Below, in pieces: positions 25,918-41,400 of a stretch of 64,000 nucleotides of DNA. This DNA comes from Octopus vulgaris (lineage: Eukaryota): the NCBI GenBank assembly GCA_951406725.2, contig OX597835.1:15066001-15130000 (forward strand). The letters are read 5' to 3'. Below the pieces are notes generated by a model that worked only from the letters and a program-made list of their open reading frames with translations, did no database searches and was not told the origin of the DNA. Made by a program: the position numbers and the translations under genes. The number at the start of each line of letters is the position of its first letter. The first letter of the stretch is position 1.

Positions 25918-26561
25918 TACTACGAAAAGATCTCTATTTGTTTAGAAGAATCACTTCAATTCGTCTTCGTTGAACAGCTATAACTTTGTTTCATATTGCT
26001 CTATTAAATAACTTTCTATAACAGCGATAGATCAGGAAACACTTATTGGTAAAACTTCAGACATGTTTAACTATATTGGGTTTGACGTCTAACGGGAATT
26101 GGAATCAGACCAGATAATTTTCCGACATCTTTTCCTGTTAGTGGACAGCAAGACATTAGAGTGTACTGGATCTTATTTTTATGTCTACTTCCAGTCAATA
26201 TGTTATTTTAGTAAGGTGCGGTGATATTGAAGATGTCTTTATTTAACGATATATAAGAGGTTTTGTTTACTAACATTTTTTTTTTACTAAACTTTGAAAA
26301 CTATAGAAAGGATGGTCGGAATCTTTATGAGCTTTTTTATTTTGTTTCCCATATGGTCTATGTTCTATCTGTGTTTATGTTGAATGAAACTCCTCAGAAT
26401 AAAACTACTAATTAAGTCTTTTTTTTAAAAAAATTCGCCTTTATGGTTGTTGGCATTCACTGATAAACTAATCCGTCATCTATCTGCATACATACACATA
26501 TATATATATATATATTTATACACAGACACAGACACACACATGTAAATATATATGTGTGTAC

Positions 26562-26627
<66 letters not shown>

Positions 26628-26953
26628 GTGTTTGTACAATTGTTGAGTGCAGACAATTTGAAAGTCACCTTACGTTGCCATACCTTTCTCGCCAGCTGGT
26701 ATACTGGCATTGATAGTGATCAGTTGAAATACTTGGGCATATATAAAAATACATCCAAGAAATATATTGGTCGACGTATTCTTAAGCGTATCCAAGGTGT
26801 GTCTATACACGTATACATATACACATAAATACACACATGTATACATACATACATGCATACATACATACATACATACATACATACATACATACATACATAC
26901 ATACATACACACACACATGTATACATACATACACACACACACACAAATATATA

Positions 26954-26994
<41 letters not shown>

Positions 26995-27672
26995 TTAGAT
27001 TGATAAGATAAACAAATGAAACGTTTTTTCCCAGCTTCGGTATTTCTTATTCTATTGTTTATGTTTTATTTTAAATGTGTTTGTTGCCACTTTACTGTTG
27101 ATTTTCATGCAGATGGTGCTTCTGAGTAATTAACATTTTTTGGGGGAATAATTGTGCTAATTGTTCTCTACTACTCGGCTTACAATATTATAATTCTCCA
27201 TGGTGATTTCATCACTACCCCATTTGTTTTAATACTCCTACGAGTTAATCGAAGTGTGTACTTCACAAATGAGGTCTAACAAGGTGGGAGCATATTCGAT
27301 GTTGTCTACCTTACTTTCCAGAACGATTAAAATGGTATTAGTCAGAACGTGGGTCTGATTCCCGGACTGGAAGTGTATTGTTTTTGAGGAAAAACATTTC
27401 ATTTCAAGTCGCTCTATAGTACTGTATGGGGATCGGCATGTCAAAGAATAAACCCAACGTTTCCTCTGCATGTCGCAAAAGTGACAAAAAACAGAGGTTG
27501 GGAAAGGATTTACCCGCGCACTGCGACCTCATAAAACCCTCACCAGCAACAACTACCCAAACAGTCCCATGGGTTGACGGGTTCTTTACCTGAGTGGTGC
27601 AGAAGCGTCATTCACAAGGAGTAGTAAGAAATCACCAAGTGGTAGGTGCAGCGACGCGCTGTTATAGTGCGT

Positions 27673-27709
<37 letters not shown>

Positions 27710-28005
27710 ATACAACTAATACTACAACTACTACTACTACTACCACTACTACTACTACAACTACTACTACTACTACTATTACTACTACTACAACAACTAC
27801 TACAACTACTACTACTACTACTACTATTACTACTACTACAACAACTACTACTACAGCTACTACTACAACTACTACTACTATTACTACTACTACAACAACT
27901 ACTACTACAGCTACTACTACAACTACTACTACTATTACTACTACTACAACAACTACTACAACTACTACTACTACAACTACTACAACTACTACAACTACTA
28001 CTACA

Positions 28006-28046
<41 letters not shown>

Positions 28047-28136
28047 CACTACTACTACTACTATTACTACTACTACAACTACTACTACTACAACAACACT
28101 ACTACTACTACTACTACTACAACTACTACTACTACA

Positions 28137-28185
<49 letters not shown>
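27673..28185. repeat. (ACT)n microsatellite
   Basis: Read directly; may be the tail of an old SINE at about 27340-27672. Confidence 0.95.
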
Positions 28186-28633
28186 TTTAGTTGATGTTCT
28201 CTTTTCCTCACCGCATAGTATATATATTTTTGGCGTATACATTTCACGCTCTACATTCAATCCATTTCTGAATGGCATCTTACTCTCTTCACATTCTGTT
28301 AGAAAATCTGCGAGTAAGTGTTTACAAGAAATGTTCTCCTTTAACCATTTTTTTTCCCCCTCCAAAACTACACAAAGTTTTATCTCTATCTATGTGCCAG
28401 CATGGTTTCTTTTCCGTTGCATTACGTTACATTAAGTTGGTTTTCATTTGTCGTTTGTGAAGAGGATGTCAGACACTAAGTTGAATCTTTTACAAAGCAT
28501 TTAAACAATAACGGAAATCCAGATAACGTTACAAATACGAACGATGAAAATGAATAATATCGTCTGCAACAGTATCGTCTGCTTTTAAGATGTACATATC
28601 ACGACGCATTGTATGATCCTCAGTTAAGCGTAA

Positions 28634-28880
28634 GTGGAGGCGCGTGGCTCAGTGGTTAGGGTGTTGTAATCATGATCGTAAGATTGTGGTTTCGATTCAT
28701 GGACCGGGCGACGCGTTGTGTTCTTTTGCAAAGCACTTCATTTCACGTTACTCCAATTCATTCAGCAAGCAAAAATGAGTATTCCTGCGACGGACCGGCG
28801 TCCCGTCCAGGGGCGAAATATATACGCCATCGAAACCGAGAAACAGACCTTATGAGTCTATATGAGTCGGGAAAGAGCTA
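28634..28880 (+). mobile_element. SINE family E (tRNA head, CORE-like centre, CCTGCGACGGACCGGCGTCCCGTCCAGG block)
   Basis: A box TGGCTCAGTGG, B box GTTTCGATTC; related copies at 56507 and 61153. Confidence 0.75.
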
Positions 28881-28959
28881 GATGAGCATAGGTATATTAT
28901 ATCTAGAGTGTTCGGTCTATAGATTTCATCTAGTCATTTGACTGGTGTAGGACATATCA

Positions 28960-29343
28960 GTGGAGACGCAATGGCCCAGTGGTTAGGGCAGCGGATTCGC
29001 GGTCATAGGATCGCGGTTTCGATTCCCAGACCGGGCGTTGTGAGTGTTTATTGAGCGAAAACACCTAAAAGCTCCAAGAGGCTCCGGCAGGGGATGGTGG
29101 TGATCCCTGCTGTACTCTTTCACTACAACTTTCTCTTACTTCCTGTTTCTGTTGTACCTGTATTTCAAGGGGCCGGCCTTGTCACTCTCTGTGTCACGCT
29201 GAATATCCCCGAGAACTACGTTAAGGGTGCACGTGTCTGTGGAGTGCTCAGCCACCTACACGTTAATTTCACGAGCAGGCTGTTCCGTTGATTCGGATCA
29301 ACCCGAACCCTCATCGTCGTAACCGACGGAGTGCTTCCATCCA
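28960..29343 (+). mobile_element. SINE family B with 11-bp TSD
   Basis: TSD TAGGACATATC at 28948-28958 and 29344-29354. Confidence 0.93.
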
Positions 29344-30954
29344 TAGGACATATCTGTAACGTTCGAGATACAGATTTCATCCAATTATGTTACTGACACT
29401 GAGCATATATGAAACGTTCTATCTTTAAATTTCGCCTCAAGCAGTTGACTGACAGAAGATATCTGGAACATTTGATCTATAGATTTCATAGACCATGCTA
29501 TAAATTTCTTCTATCAATTCTGACCAGGAATATACAAGAACAAAGAAACAAAAAACAAAGGTTGATGGTTATTCTTTTGAACAAATGACTGACACTTCTG
29601 AAAACTTATTCAATCTATTCACTACCCATCGGCTTTCTCTTTACAGTTGCCTATTCACTGACTCCATACGAAACGCTTTGTATATTCTTCCTTCCCAGTA
29701 CTGTAAACTTCGTGTGACATATTTACAATTTCCCACTCAATATATTCGATTCAAACAGAACAAGATCAACGCCACTACCTGGAAGACGCTGTCAAATAGC
29801 AATAAATATTCCGCCATTTTTTCTCCCCTACTAATAAACAGTAGACGTGTGTTATTTTTAATCTACTGGCTGAGATTTGATCCCGATTGGATGACATCCC
29901 CTAAAATAGATAAGCACAAAGGTTGAACATTAAAAATGCTGTACTCTTTGGTAGTTTACCGAAAAGAAACTCAGAATTGTGTGAATATGGAAGAATGGTA
30001 ATTTCTTGTTCTTGACACACAAAATCCTCGAAATTTTTGCAATGAAGCATTGCAGGTTATTCGCATGTACATATATAAATGTGTACAAATGTGTGTGTGT
30101 ATGTGCATTTGCATATACATATATGTACATACACACACACATATACGTATATGTACATATATATATACATACATATACACATGTATATACATATGTCTAT
30201 ACATATATACACACGTATATACATATATTTATTTTGACACATATTTGCAAACACATACACGTGTGTGTGTGCTTTTGCATGTATATGTTAGTTTATAGGA
30301 GGTGATGCTTACGTATGTATACGTATGGTTTCTGTACCACGCAACTTAACACAAACTCAACTGAATTCGCATATTTGTGTCACTTCGCATATTAAATCGT
30401 TTACAATATATAAAATATTTTTGAATCACGAAAAATGTAGAAAGCAAAAACCACTTAAAATTAATCGCGGTGCTTGAAATAAAACCAGATTATGGAGGAC
30501 GGAGAACCGGATTCAGAGTAAACAGAGTTACAGGTTGTAAATCTGCAAACGTGAGAGCTTATTTTATTATAATATATTTTACTTTATTATATTATATATA
30601 TATTTTTTTTTATTTTAAAAATGTGCCTATATTTCTGTCTCACTCTACTGATCTCTAAACATTAGCTTCGCGCTAAATACATGATTCTAACATCATAAAG
30701 AAGTAAACACTGACCAAATATTCCAAAAATATGTCGGTTTTGTCAGGCTTCAAGTTCGGGATCAGATTTCATACGTAAAAATTTGGGATTAATAAAATCT
30801 ATATTTTTAACTTGGCAGCCATCAAATAAATAGATAAGTAACTAAAAAGGGAAAAAATTTTAAAGGTCTCCATGTTTCTGTCGCATATGAAATAAATTTA
30901 ATAGTAGGGTTATAATGTTACGGACGATTAACTTCCATATTTGGAGAGGAATAT

Positions 30955-31715
<761 letters not shown>

Positions 31716-32034
31716 ATGCTCGCCCATGTGTAGAGGTAAATATGTAAGCAGAAGTATTCGACTCAAAACACGAGGTTTAATAGTCCGAAGCGTTTATAAT
31801 GGTATTGACAACAACTCATCTCAAATGTTTACCGATTTAATGAATTTAAATATGGCTTTATGCAGAGCTCTCCTCACAGAGACACAGAGAGACACACACG
31901 CACATATACGTATGTGCGTGTGTGTGTGTGTGTGTGGTAAGAAGCTTGCTTCCCAACCACGTGGTTCCGGATTCAAATCCATTGCGTGGCACCTAGGGCA
32001 AGTATCTTCTACTATAGCCTCGGGCTATATCTAT

Positions 32035-32449
32035 ACTCTTTTTACTCTTTTACTTGTTTCAGTCATTTGACTGCGGCCATGCTGGAGCACCGCCGTTAGT
32101 CGAGCAAATCGAGCCCGGGACTTATTCTTTTTGTAAGCCCAGTACTTATTCTATCGGTCTCTTTTTGCCGAACCGCTAAGTGACGGGGACGTAAACACAC
32201 CAGCATCGGTTGTCAAGCAATGCTAGGGGGACAGACACACACACACAAACACACACACACATATATATATATACATACATATATACGACGGGCTTCTTTC
32301 AGTTTCCGTCTACCAAATCCACTCACAAGGCATTGGTCGGCCCGGGGCTATAGCAGAAGACTCTTGCCCAAGATGCTACGCAGTGGGACTGAACCCGGAA
32401 CCATGTTGTTGGTTAGCAAGCTACTTACCACACAGCCACTCCTGCGCCT
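32035..32449 (-). mobile_element. SINE family A (plus-strand head fragment adjacent at 31935-32026)
   Basis: Full reverse copy. Confidence 0.9.
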
Positions 32450-33019
32450 ATATATATATAATCAATTACTTTCGTTCCTCTACTCTTACGACAACATATC
32501 ATGCGTGCAATTAGAATCTGGTATTATGTTACCTAACATCGCACGAAGCGAATTGCAATCCCAATCAGCGAACAGAATTTCTCATTCCCTAAATACAACG
32601 CTCGAATTAACAAGGCTCCACAGCTGCAAGCCATTTTCCTCAAGCAGATCTCAGCTTATTTCTATCCTTAACTATCATTCTCAGATCGCAAGTTTATTTA
32701 TAATTGTGCAGGAAATTATCCACTACGATCTCATCATTTTTTCATCTTGAATCTTCATTTCTTGTAATGAGGCACAAGAGACAGGGCGTTAAGGAAACCT
32801 TTATTTATTATTTTTTTGGCTTTTGTTTTTTTTTTTTTTTTGTGCTCCAGTAAACTGCTATTCTGCTGTTCTGCTATTCTACTGTTCTGCTATTCTGCTG
32901 TTCTGCCAGTCTGCTATTCTGCTACACTTTGTTAAACATTTGCTACCAAGGACGTCGCTTCAGACACACTGAGTTTCCTCTTCGTAGCATGAAGATATTT
33001 CCGCAGAGTGCATACATGG

Positions 33020-33085
<66 letters not shown>

Positions 33086-33342
33086 GGTGTGTATGCGTGT
33101 GGTGTGTGTGTGTGTACAAATACACGGACATGTATGTATTCAAAGGTATTAACATACATATATGCATATATTTATGTCTATATGCAAGAACATATGCGCA
33201 TATACATACACGTATAAATATGTATTCATACATGCATACACTTAGATAGGTAGATATCTGTAAGTATATACATGTGTGTGTGTGTGTGTGTGTATACAAA
33301 CACATCTCTGCGCATACGTGTATATATATATGCATATATATA

Positions 33343-33380
<38 letters not shown>

Positions 33381-33618
33381 CATGAGTATATATATATGCA
33401 TATATATATGCATATATACATATATATATGCATATATACATATATATATGCATATATGCATATATATATATGCATATATATATATATGCGTATATACATA
33501 TATATGCATATATACATATATGCATATATGCATATATACATATATATGCATATATACATATATTATATATATATATGCATATATACATATTATATATATA
33601 TATGCATATATATATGTA

Positions 33619-33655
<37 letters not shown>

Positions 33656-33761
33656 CTGTATGTGTGTGTGTGTAGAAGGATGAAAAGGAACACATGAGTT
33701 GATATATATGGAAAAAAAAGTCAAGATGGAAAATGCTAAAATAATTTTATAAAAAACATTT

Positions 33762-33798
33762 CAGTACCGGTTTCGGTCATTTGAGACCTTTTCAACTG
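33762..33798 (-). ncRNA. minimal type I hammerhead, U3-A8 variant, in a ~200-bp Penelope-like insert (33673-33870)
   Basis: CAG TTGAAAA GGTC-TCAAAT-GACC GAAA CCGG T A CTG. Confidence 0.7.
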
Positions 33799-33867
33799 TA
33801 ACAATTAAACAATTAAATTTAGAAAAATTAAAAGAAAAGGGTTTTTAAAAGAATATTTGTTTAGTGT

Positions 33868-33925
<58 letters not shown>

Positions 33926-34223
33926 TAACAAGGATGTCATGGTATTAATGCAATACGGCCGTTTCAGGCGGCTCCATTTAATCGAACACTGCAAGCATCA
34001 CATCAGTTTGAAATGCAGTGCCATCTTCTGTTGCAAAATACAATTCTTCAACAGTCAGGATATTCAATTATAATATTTCAACAGAGCGAGAGAATGAAAG
34101 AATTTCAGCTGCTACTAATGTAACTAATGTACCAAGTTTAGTACATCAACTTAAGTATCTTATTCAACTGAATATTAACTATTTATACAAACACACACAC
34201 ACAAGTATATATATATATATATG

Positions 34224-34272
<49 letters not shown>

Positions 34273-34499
34273 TTATACATGTACATATATTCCTAGAGAT
34301 GTAACCACTAATGTAATTATCACCAGGCGCCAATTAATTATGACATGTGTCAAATGATTATGAAATGCAAATTTTTATGCAAAATTGAAATCCATTATAT
34401 TCGAGAATCAAATTATTTAACGGTGACAATAATTGTCGTGCCTGGTAGACATCTTGTCTCAATGACTGGTAGTTAAACCAGAATTTGATTAGAAGTTTT

Positions 34500-36010
34500 A
34501 ATGAAGAGGCTACCTGAACGCTGCAATCTTTATATCAGAGAAGAAAGACTTCAAAGCTCGAAGACAATAGAAGGAAAGTGAAAGGCTTTGAATGAAGCAA
34601 ATTAACATAAGTTTGTAGGACAAACTGGGACAATGACAACAACGGTTTGAAGAGACAGAACGCTTGAAGATAGATATCCACCGGAAGTATCATAATAAGG
34701 ATGCCGGGAAGGAAATAGAATGATTGAAGGGAAGCATCGATATGAAGAATTAATAGAAGCATTAGAATACGGACGCCTAAGGCTTGAAGAGCACAATATG
34801 ATTGGAGCGACGACCCAGCGACACAAAGAAGCACCTGTAACACCTGAATAGAAGTACCTGCGGCTTGATGCGAATTATTGACGACAAGAAGCCCCTGTAA
34901 CTTCTGAATAGAGATACCTGCAGCTAGAGGAAAACAGAATGCTTGAAGCGAATCAGCGATACTAAAAAGCACCTGTAACACTAGAATGGAGGTACCAATG
35001 ACTGGAAGGGGTCAGAATGCTTGACGCGAATTAGTGACGACAAGAAGCACCTGTAACTTCTGAATAGAGATACCTGCAGCTAGAAGAAAACAGAATGCTT
35101 GAAGCGAATCAGTGATACTAAAAAGCACCTATAACACTAGAATAGAGGTACCAATGGCTGGAAGGAATCAGAATGCTTGACGCGAATTAGTGACGACAAG
35201 AAGCACCTGTAACTTCTGAATAGAGATACCTGCAGCTAGAAGAAAACAGAATGCTTGAAGCGAATCAGCGATACTAAAAAGCACCTATAACACTAGAATA
35301 GAGGTACCAATGGCTGGAAGGGATCAGAATGCTTGACGCGAATTAGTGACGACAAGAAGCAGCAGAAAACCAGAATAGGGATACCTAAACGCTTGGGATA
35401 AAACAGAATACTATAAAGGAAGGCTCAGAATAAAGTTACCAAAGACTTGAAGACCAAGGTGTGCATGGAACGAATTGTCATCAGTAAGAATCTGAGTTTG
35501 GGCAGTGACAGCGCCATCAAGTAGACCACATATGACATACCAAAGAATAACACCGCTCACCTAAGAACAGTAAGTAAATGAACACTCTTTACTATCATTT
35601 AACTTATTGTCAGGAATCTCATAAGATTGTGTCCACCGAATCCATCTCAAAATTATGTTCTAAGTGAGAAGCAAAAATTGGGAGAAAGATACAACTGTAA
35701 TGTGTTGGTCGGGTAATGTACTATTAAACTCTAATGCGTTGAATGGCAGAAAAGAGTATTACGACAAATGCACATTTTAATTGTAGTAAAAAAAATTCTT
35801 TTCTAAGAAATTCGGTAATTGATTTTATCAGAGTTATACCTTGCCCTGTCAAATCTGAGATCATCAAATCCCAAATGGCGTATGGTCCTTGTGATGTGTA
35901 AAATACACAAGCCCTTCCGTAAAATACGACAAACGCATCGACGAATATCCCTTTACAAAATGGATTATTCTTATATCGATAAAATAAGCCAGAAGTGGCT
36001 GGATTCGAGA
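34500..36010 (+). mobile_element. decayed Helitron Rep region
   Basis: VEWQKRVLRQMHILI at 35738-35782 (HUH motif, cf. VEFQKRGLPHAHIL), VIDFIRVIP, IIKSQMAYGPC; upstream E/R/Q-rich peptide repeats. Confidence 0.75.
34888..35355 (+). repeat. three 156-bp tandem units (2 x 78-bp subunits)
   Basis: Units start at 34888, 35044 and 35200. Confidence 0.93.
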
Positions 36011-36099
36011 TCATAATATCAGAAGCTAAAAAGAGATTAACATACAAAACAGATAGGATTTTCCATTTTGTCATTTGTTTTCAAAAGAATTTAAAAGGG

Positions 36100-36432
36100 G
36101 GTAAAGACCCCCTTCGGTCATGAGTGACCATGGGATTGCACCTAGAAAGTTACCCTCCTAGACACAAGTCCGGGCAAGGTTGTTTATGGAAGACCTGCAG
36201 TCGCCCATGCATACCAGCCTCCCCTCTCCACGCCACCAGTGTTATCCAAGGGAAAGACAAAGGTCGATACAGCTTGGCACCAGTGACGTCGCAACTCATT
36301 TCTACAGCTGAGTGAACTGGAGCAACGTGAAAATAAAGTGCTTTGCTCAAGAACACAACACGCAGCCCGGTCCGGGATTCGAGCTCACAACCTCACGATC
36401 GTAAGCTCGACGCTCTAACCACTGAGCCATAA
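36100..36432 (-). mobile_element. SINE family D
   Basis: tRNA head TGGCTCAGTGGTTAGAGCG...GCTCGAATCC, CORE-like GTGTTCTTGAGCAA; copies at 56838 and 63648. Confidence 0.88.
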
Positions 36433-36743
36433 CGCTCACATTAAATGATAATTCCGTCCTTTAGTAGGATTTACGAAGTGTGTTTGCAAATAATAATTAA
36501 ATGCGGAAGTATAGTGACAATAGAAGACTTTATGCTTGTCAGTAACTGGCTGTCGTTGATGAAGTCTGCCAGAAGATAATATAGGACATTGCTTATGAAG
36601 AAGCTTTACTATAATTTGAGCAAATTACTTTATAATGTTAATTTACTAAAGCGTTAATTCAATAAGTCAGACAATAACGTATATACACACACATGTACCT
36701 ATGTGTGTAGGTATGTGTGTATGTGTGTATGTGTGTATATGTG

Positions 36744-36789
<46 letters not shown>

Positions 36790-36892
36790 TTAACAATCTA
36801 GCTATCTATTTATCTCCCTCTTTCTCTCTTCCCCTCTATTATATAAATATATATATACATACTCACATATATATATATACACATATACATAC

Positions 36893-36939
<47 letters not shown>

Positions 36940-37150
36940 TGGATATAAATTTGGTTGAGCAAAAAAGAGAAATATATAAGAATATCTAAGACTGTATAGG
37001 TTTTCTAATTTCAACTTATAATTGAATAGCGACTAATAACACTAAAATGAATATCAATTTGACTGACATACACACATATACGTATACACACATACACACA
37101 GACACTCAACACCCACCCCTCTCACACACACCACACACAAACACAAACAC

Positions 37151-37198
<48 letters not shown>

Positions 37199-37204
<6 letters not shown>

Positions 37205-37490
37205 ATCACGTGACCGACCAGTCCATCAGATGTAGTTACACATCGCTGGTCTCAATGCGCTTCGCATTGTTTTAGCCTTCGAATGACGCTAAGCGAGCAG
37301 GCCAACAGAAGAAAGAGTGGGAGAAAGAGTGGTGAAAGTGTACAGCAGGGATCACCACCCCCTACCGGAGCCTCGTGGAGCTTTTAGGTGTTTTCGCTCA
37401 ATAAACACTCACAACGCCCGGTCTGGGAATCGAAACCGCGATCCTACGACCGCGAGTCCGCTGCCCTAACCACTGGGCCATTGTATTTCC
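37199..37490 (-). mobile_element. SINE B head with an alternative 3' tail
   Basis: Family B 5' half joined to an unrelated tail ending GGTCACGTGATCACGTG. Confidence 0.75.
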
Positions 37491-37510
37491 ACATATATAT
37501 ATGTGCGAAG

Positions 37511-37554
<44 letters not shown>

Positions 37555-37559
37555 ATATA

Positions 37560-37608
<49 letters not shown>

Positions 37609-37614
37609 TTTTTA

Positions 37615-38164
37615 ATCCGAGGGAAGGCAATGTGAGCAACAACTACAAGAACACTACAAAATCCACAGAAAGATCAAACACACATATGTGTGAGCAGCGA
37701 CCTTTGGCCGTGGCAGAGAAAGATCAGGTGAGATTCACATGGGATATGCCGACAGACACAAAATATGAAGCGACAACATAACTGAGCAGATATCAATCTC
37801 CCGCTGGAGGAATCCAAAGAATGAACCCGCATCGACGTAGCTCTGTACCTGCAAACCAAAATACTGTTGAGACAGGGGAGGAAAATGGAGGGAAAATGGA
37901 GGGAAAATGGAGGGAAGTACCAACACGTAGGACCGGAAGAGCCTCAAAAGTGAGTGTGATCATTTGTGATCGGCGCACATGAAATCATCTCAAACGGAGG
38001 AATATTCTGGCATCAAAAGCTGCAAATAGCAAACTTCTTAGAGAGCCTTCAATTAGCAGCAATACTCGAAAGGTTTCATATTTTAAGAAAACAACTGCGT
38101 CTCTAAGCTGCGGGATGGAGCTGAGACGCAACATAGACAAACCAGAATTTAAAAGAATAAATAA

Positions 38165-38165
<1 letters not shown>
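37615..38165 (+). mobile_element. decayed R4/Dong-like LINE, REL endonuclease end
   Basis: FTWDMPTD, IDVA, KYQHV and FVIGAH motifs; abuts (ATT)n. Confidence 0.6.
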
Positions 38166-38503
<338 letters not shown>

Positions 38504-38729
38504 CATTATTATTATTATTTTTATAATTATTATTATTATTATCATACTATATGTTGTACTGTTTTGGGAGGACCAGTTTGATAATAAAAACACCCGCACG
38601 GTTTTATTGGCGAAATGACCCTCCCCTGATACAACAATATATATTTCTGCACACGATTTTCAAAATTTCAATCACATTGCGAAGGACTATATATTTATAC
38701 ACACAAACACACATACATACATACATATA

Positions 38730-38782
<53 letters not shown>

Positions 38783-38986
38783 GTACGCATAGAAGGGCGA
38801 CGCTAGATATTTGTTTCGTGTAAACAATATAGTTATAATTTGTTATTGAACCAAGATATTAAAAAAAATTGTTAGATCGATACATTATAGATCTAGGTAC
38901 GCTTTAATTGGTAAGCAGTTTTTTTTCCATGATAATTTTTTATTTACAGTATTATGTGTTTGCTTCTATGCATACATACATACACA

Positions 38987-39060
<74 letters not shown>

Positions 39061-39090
39061 AACCCATTGGCAGACGCCCACCTATTTACA

Positions 39091-39129
<39 letters not shown>

Positions 39130-39277
39130 TATCTGTGAAAGAGAGTATGCATGTCTGTACATATATGTGTGTGTATTTATGTATGTATGTATGTATGTAT
39201 GTATGTGTGTGTGCATGTAAATATGTGCGTGTATATATGTGTGTGTATATACATGTGTATGTATATATATGTGTATG

Positions 39278-39323
<46 letters not shown>

Positions 39324-39355
39324 TATGTATATTTATTTATGTATATATATATTTA

Positions 39356-39461
<106 letters not shown>

Positions 39462-39572
39462 TGTGTCTGTGTCTCTGTGTCTCTGTGTATAAATCCAAAG
39501 CTATGCCTCAGTATGGTCGCAGTGCAATGACTGAAACGAGCAAAAAGAATAATAAAATATGCATATATATAT

Positions 39573-39633
<61 letters not shown>

Positions 39634-39759
39634 GTAACGTGTCTGAATGCACAAATATATGCATATGTGTTTGTGTGTGTATGTATATATGTCTGCATGT
39701 ATGTATTGATGTTAATTTACACATATAAATATTTATACACATATACATATGTATACACA

Positions 39760-39811
<52 letters not shown>

Positions 39812-40436
39812 ATGAGAGTATTTGCGTGCCTGCAATCATGCCTGTACATTTATAACGAAAAATAAAATTAAATAAATTAAAATAATCGCACAAAAAAAAA
39901 GAAATCAAAGATTTAAACCATATACAAACAAACAAAAAAATTTTACCGAAGTAAAATCTTGTATGTAGAAACAGTTAGATTCACATGAAAAAGTAATTAA
40001 ATTTCCTGAATAGAAGTCGAAGAAAACAGAGAAAGGTAAACACGCCTAGCACATCCATTTGCAAGCTTCCATACTTATTCCATACACCGAATGAAATATG
40101 GAGACTCTATCGCCATTACATTTTCACAGATATACCGCCATTTTTACCTATTTTTCAATATGTCTTAAAATGTACTACATAAAACATTAGTTTCAAAATC
40201 GGCAAATATCTTGAAAACTGATTTTAGAAATGTGAAGCTAGTGTAGGGAATGACATCCATTGTTTTCGTGAGGGCTTTTTTTCCTGTCACTTTTATCTTT
40301 TTTTTATCTCGGTTTCTCTTTTCCGCGGTTGAATATATTTTCTAAAGAAGAATTCAAATAATGGTGTGTAGGCGTGATAATCTCTTTTCTTTATCTTCGT
40401 TTTTTTTTTTGTTATTACATTATATGTAACCCCACC

Positions 40437-40473
<37 letters not shown>

Positions 40474-40608
40474 TTTATCTCTTTGTATTACCCCCAACCC
40501 ATCCTTCGCCCTGGTGTCAAATGAAAGAAATCCTTATTAATGTTGTTGTTGCTGTTGTTTACTTTTAATTTGCATGTTTGTTGCAATCACTTACCGAGAC
40601 ACACCCAC

Positions 40609-40711
40609 ATTATTATTATCATTATTATTATTATTATCATTATTATTATTATTATCATTATTATTATTATTATTATTAAAGAAATCATTATTATTATTAT
40701 TATTATTATCA

Positions 40712-40748
<37 letters not shown>

Positions 40749-40765
40749 TATTATTATTATTATCA

Positions 40766-40808
<43 letters not shown>

Positions 40809-40837
40809 AGAAATCATTATTATTATTATTATTATCA

Positions 40838-40886
<49 letters not shown>

Positions 40887-40908
40887 CATCATTATTATTA
40901 TTATTATC

Positions 40909-40939
<31 letters not shown>

Positions 40940-41023
40940 AAGAAATCATTATTATTATTATTATTATCATCATCATTATTATTATTATTATTATTATTAC
41001 TATTATTATTATTATTATCATCA

Positions 41024-41075
<52 letters not shown>

Positions 41076-41224
41076 AGAAATCATTATTATTATTATTATC
41101 ATCATCATTATTATTATTATTATTATCATCATCATTATTATTATTATTATTATCATTATTATTATTATTATTACTATTATTATTATTATTAAAGAAATCA
41201 TCATCATCATCATTATTATTATCA

Positions 41225-41261
<37 letters not shown>

Positions 41262-41336
41262 AGAAGTCATTAATATTATTATTATTATTATTATTAAAGA
41301 AATCTTCATCATTATTATTATTATTATTATTATTAT

Positions 41337-41396
<60 letters not shown>

Positions 41397-41400
41397 CAGC
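40609..41400. repeat. (ATT)n/(ATC)n array punctuated by AAAGAAATC, then (AGT)n
   Basis: Read directly from the sequence. Confidence 0.95.

Noticed and set aside
24500-26450. Second decayed LINE around the mariner
   Set aside because: Support is only a ~150-bp diverged match to 22978-23131 and weak motifs, too little to set boundaries.
34535-35355. Minus-strand ORF with in-frame TGA aligned to TGT (selenoprotein-like), and an LRR-like reading of another frame
   Set aside because: Better explained as shadow frames of the decayed Helitron peptide repeat; no SECIS was seen and LRR consensus positions are not kept.
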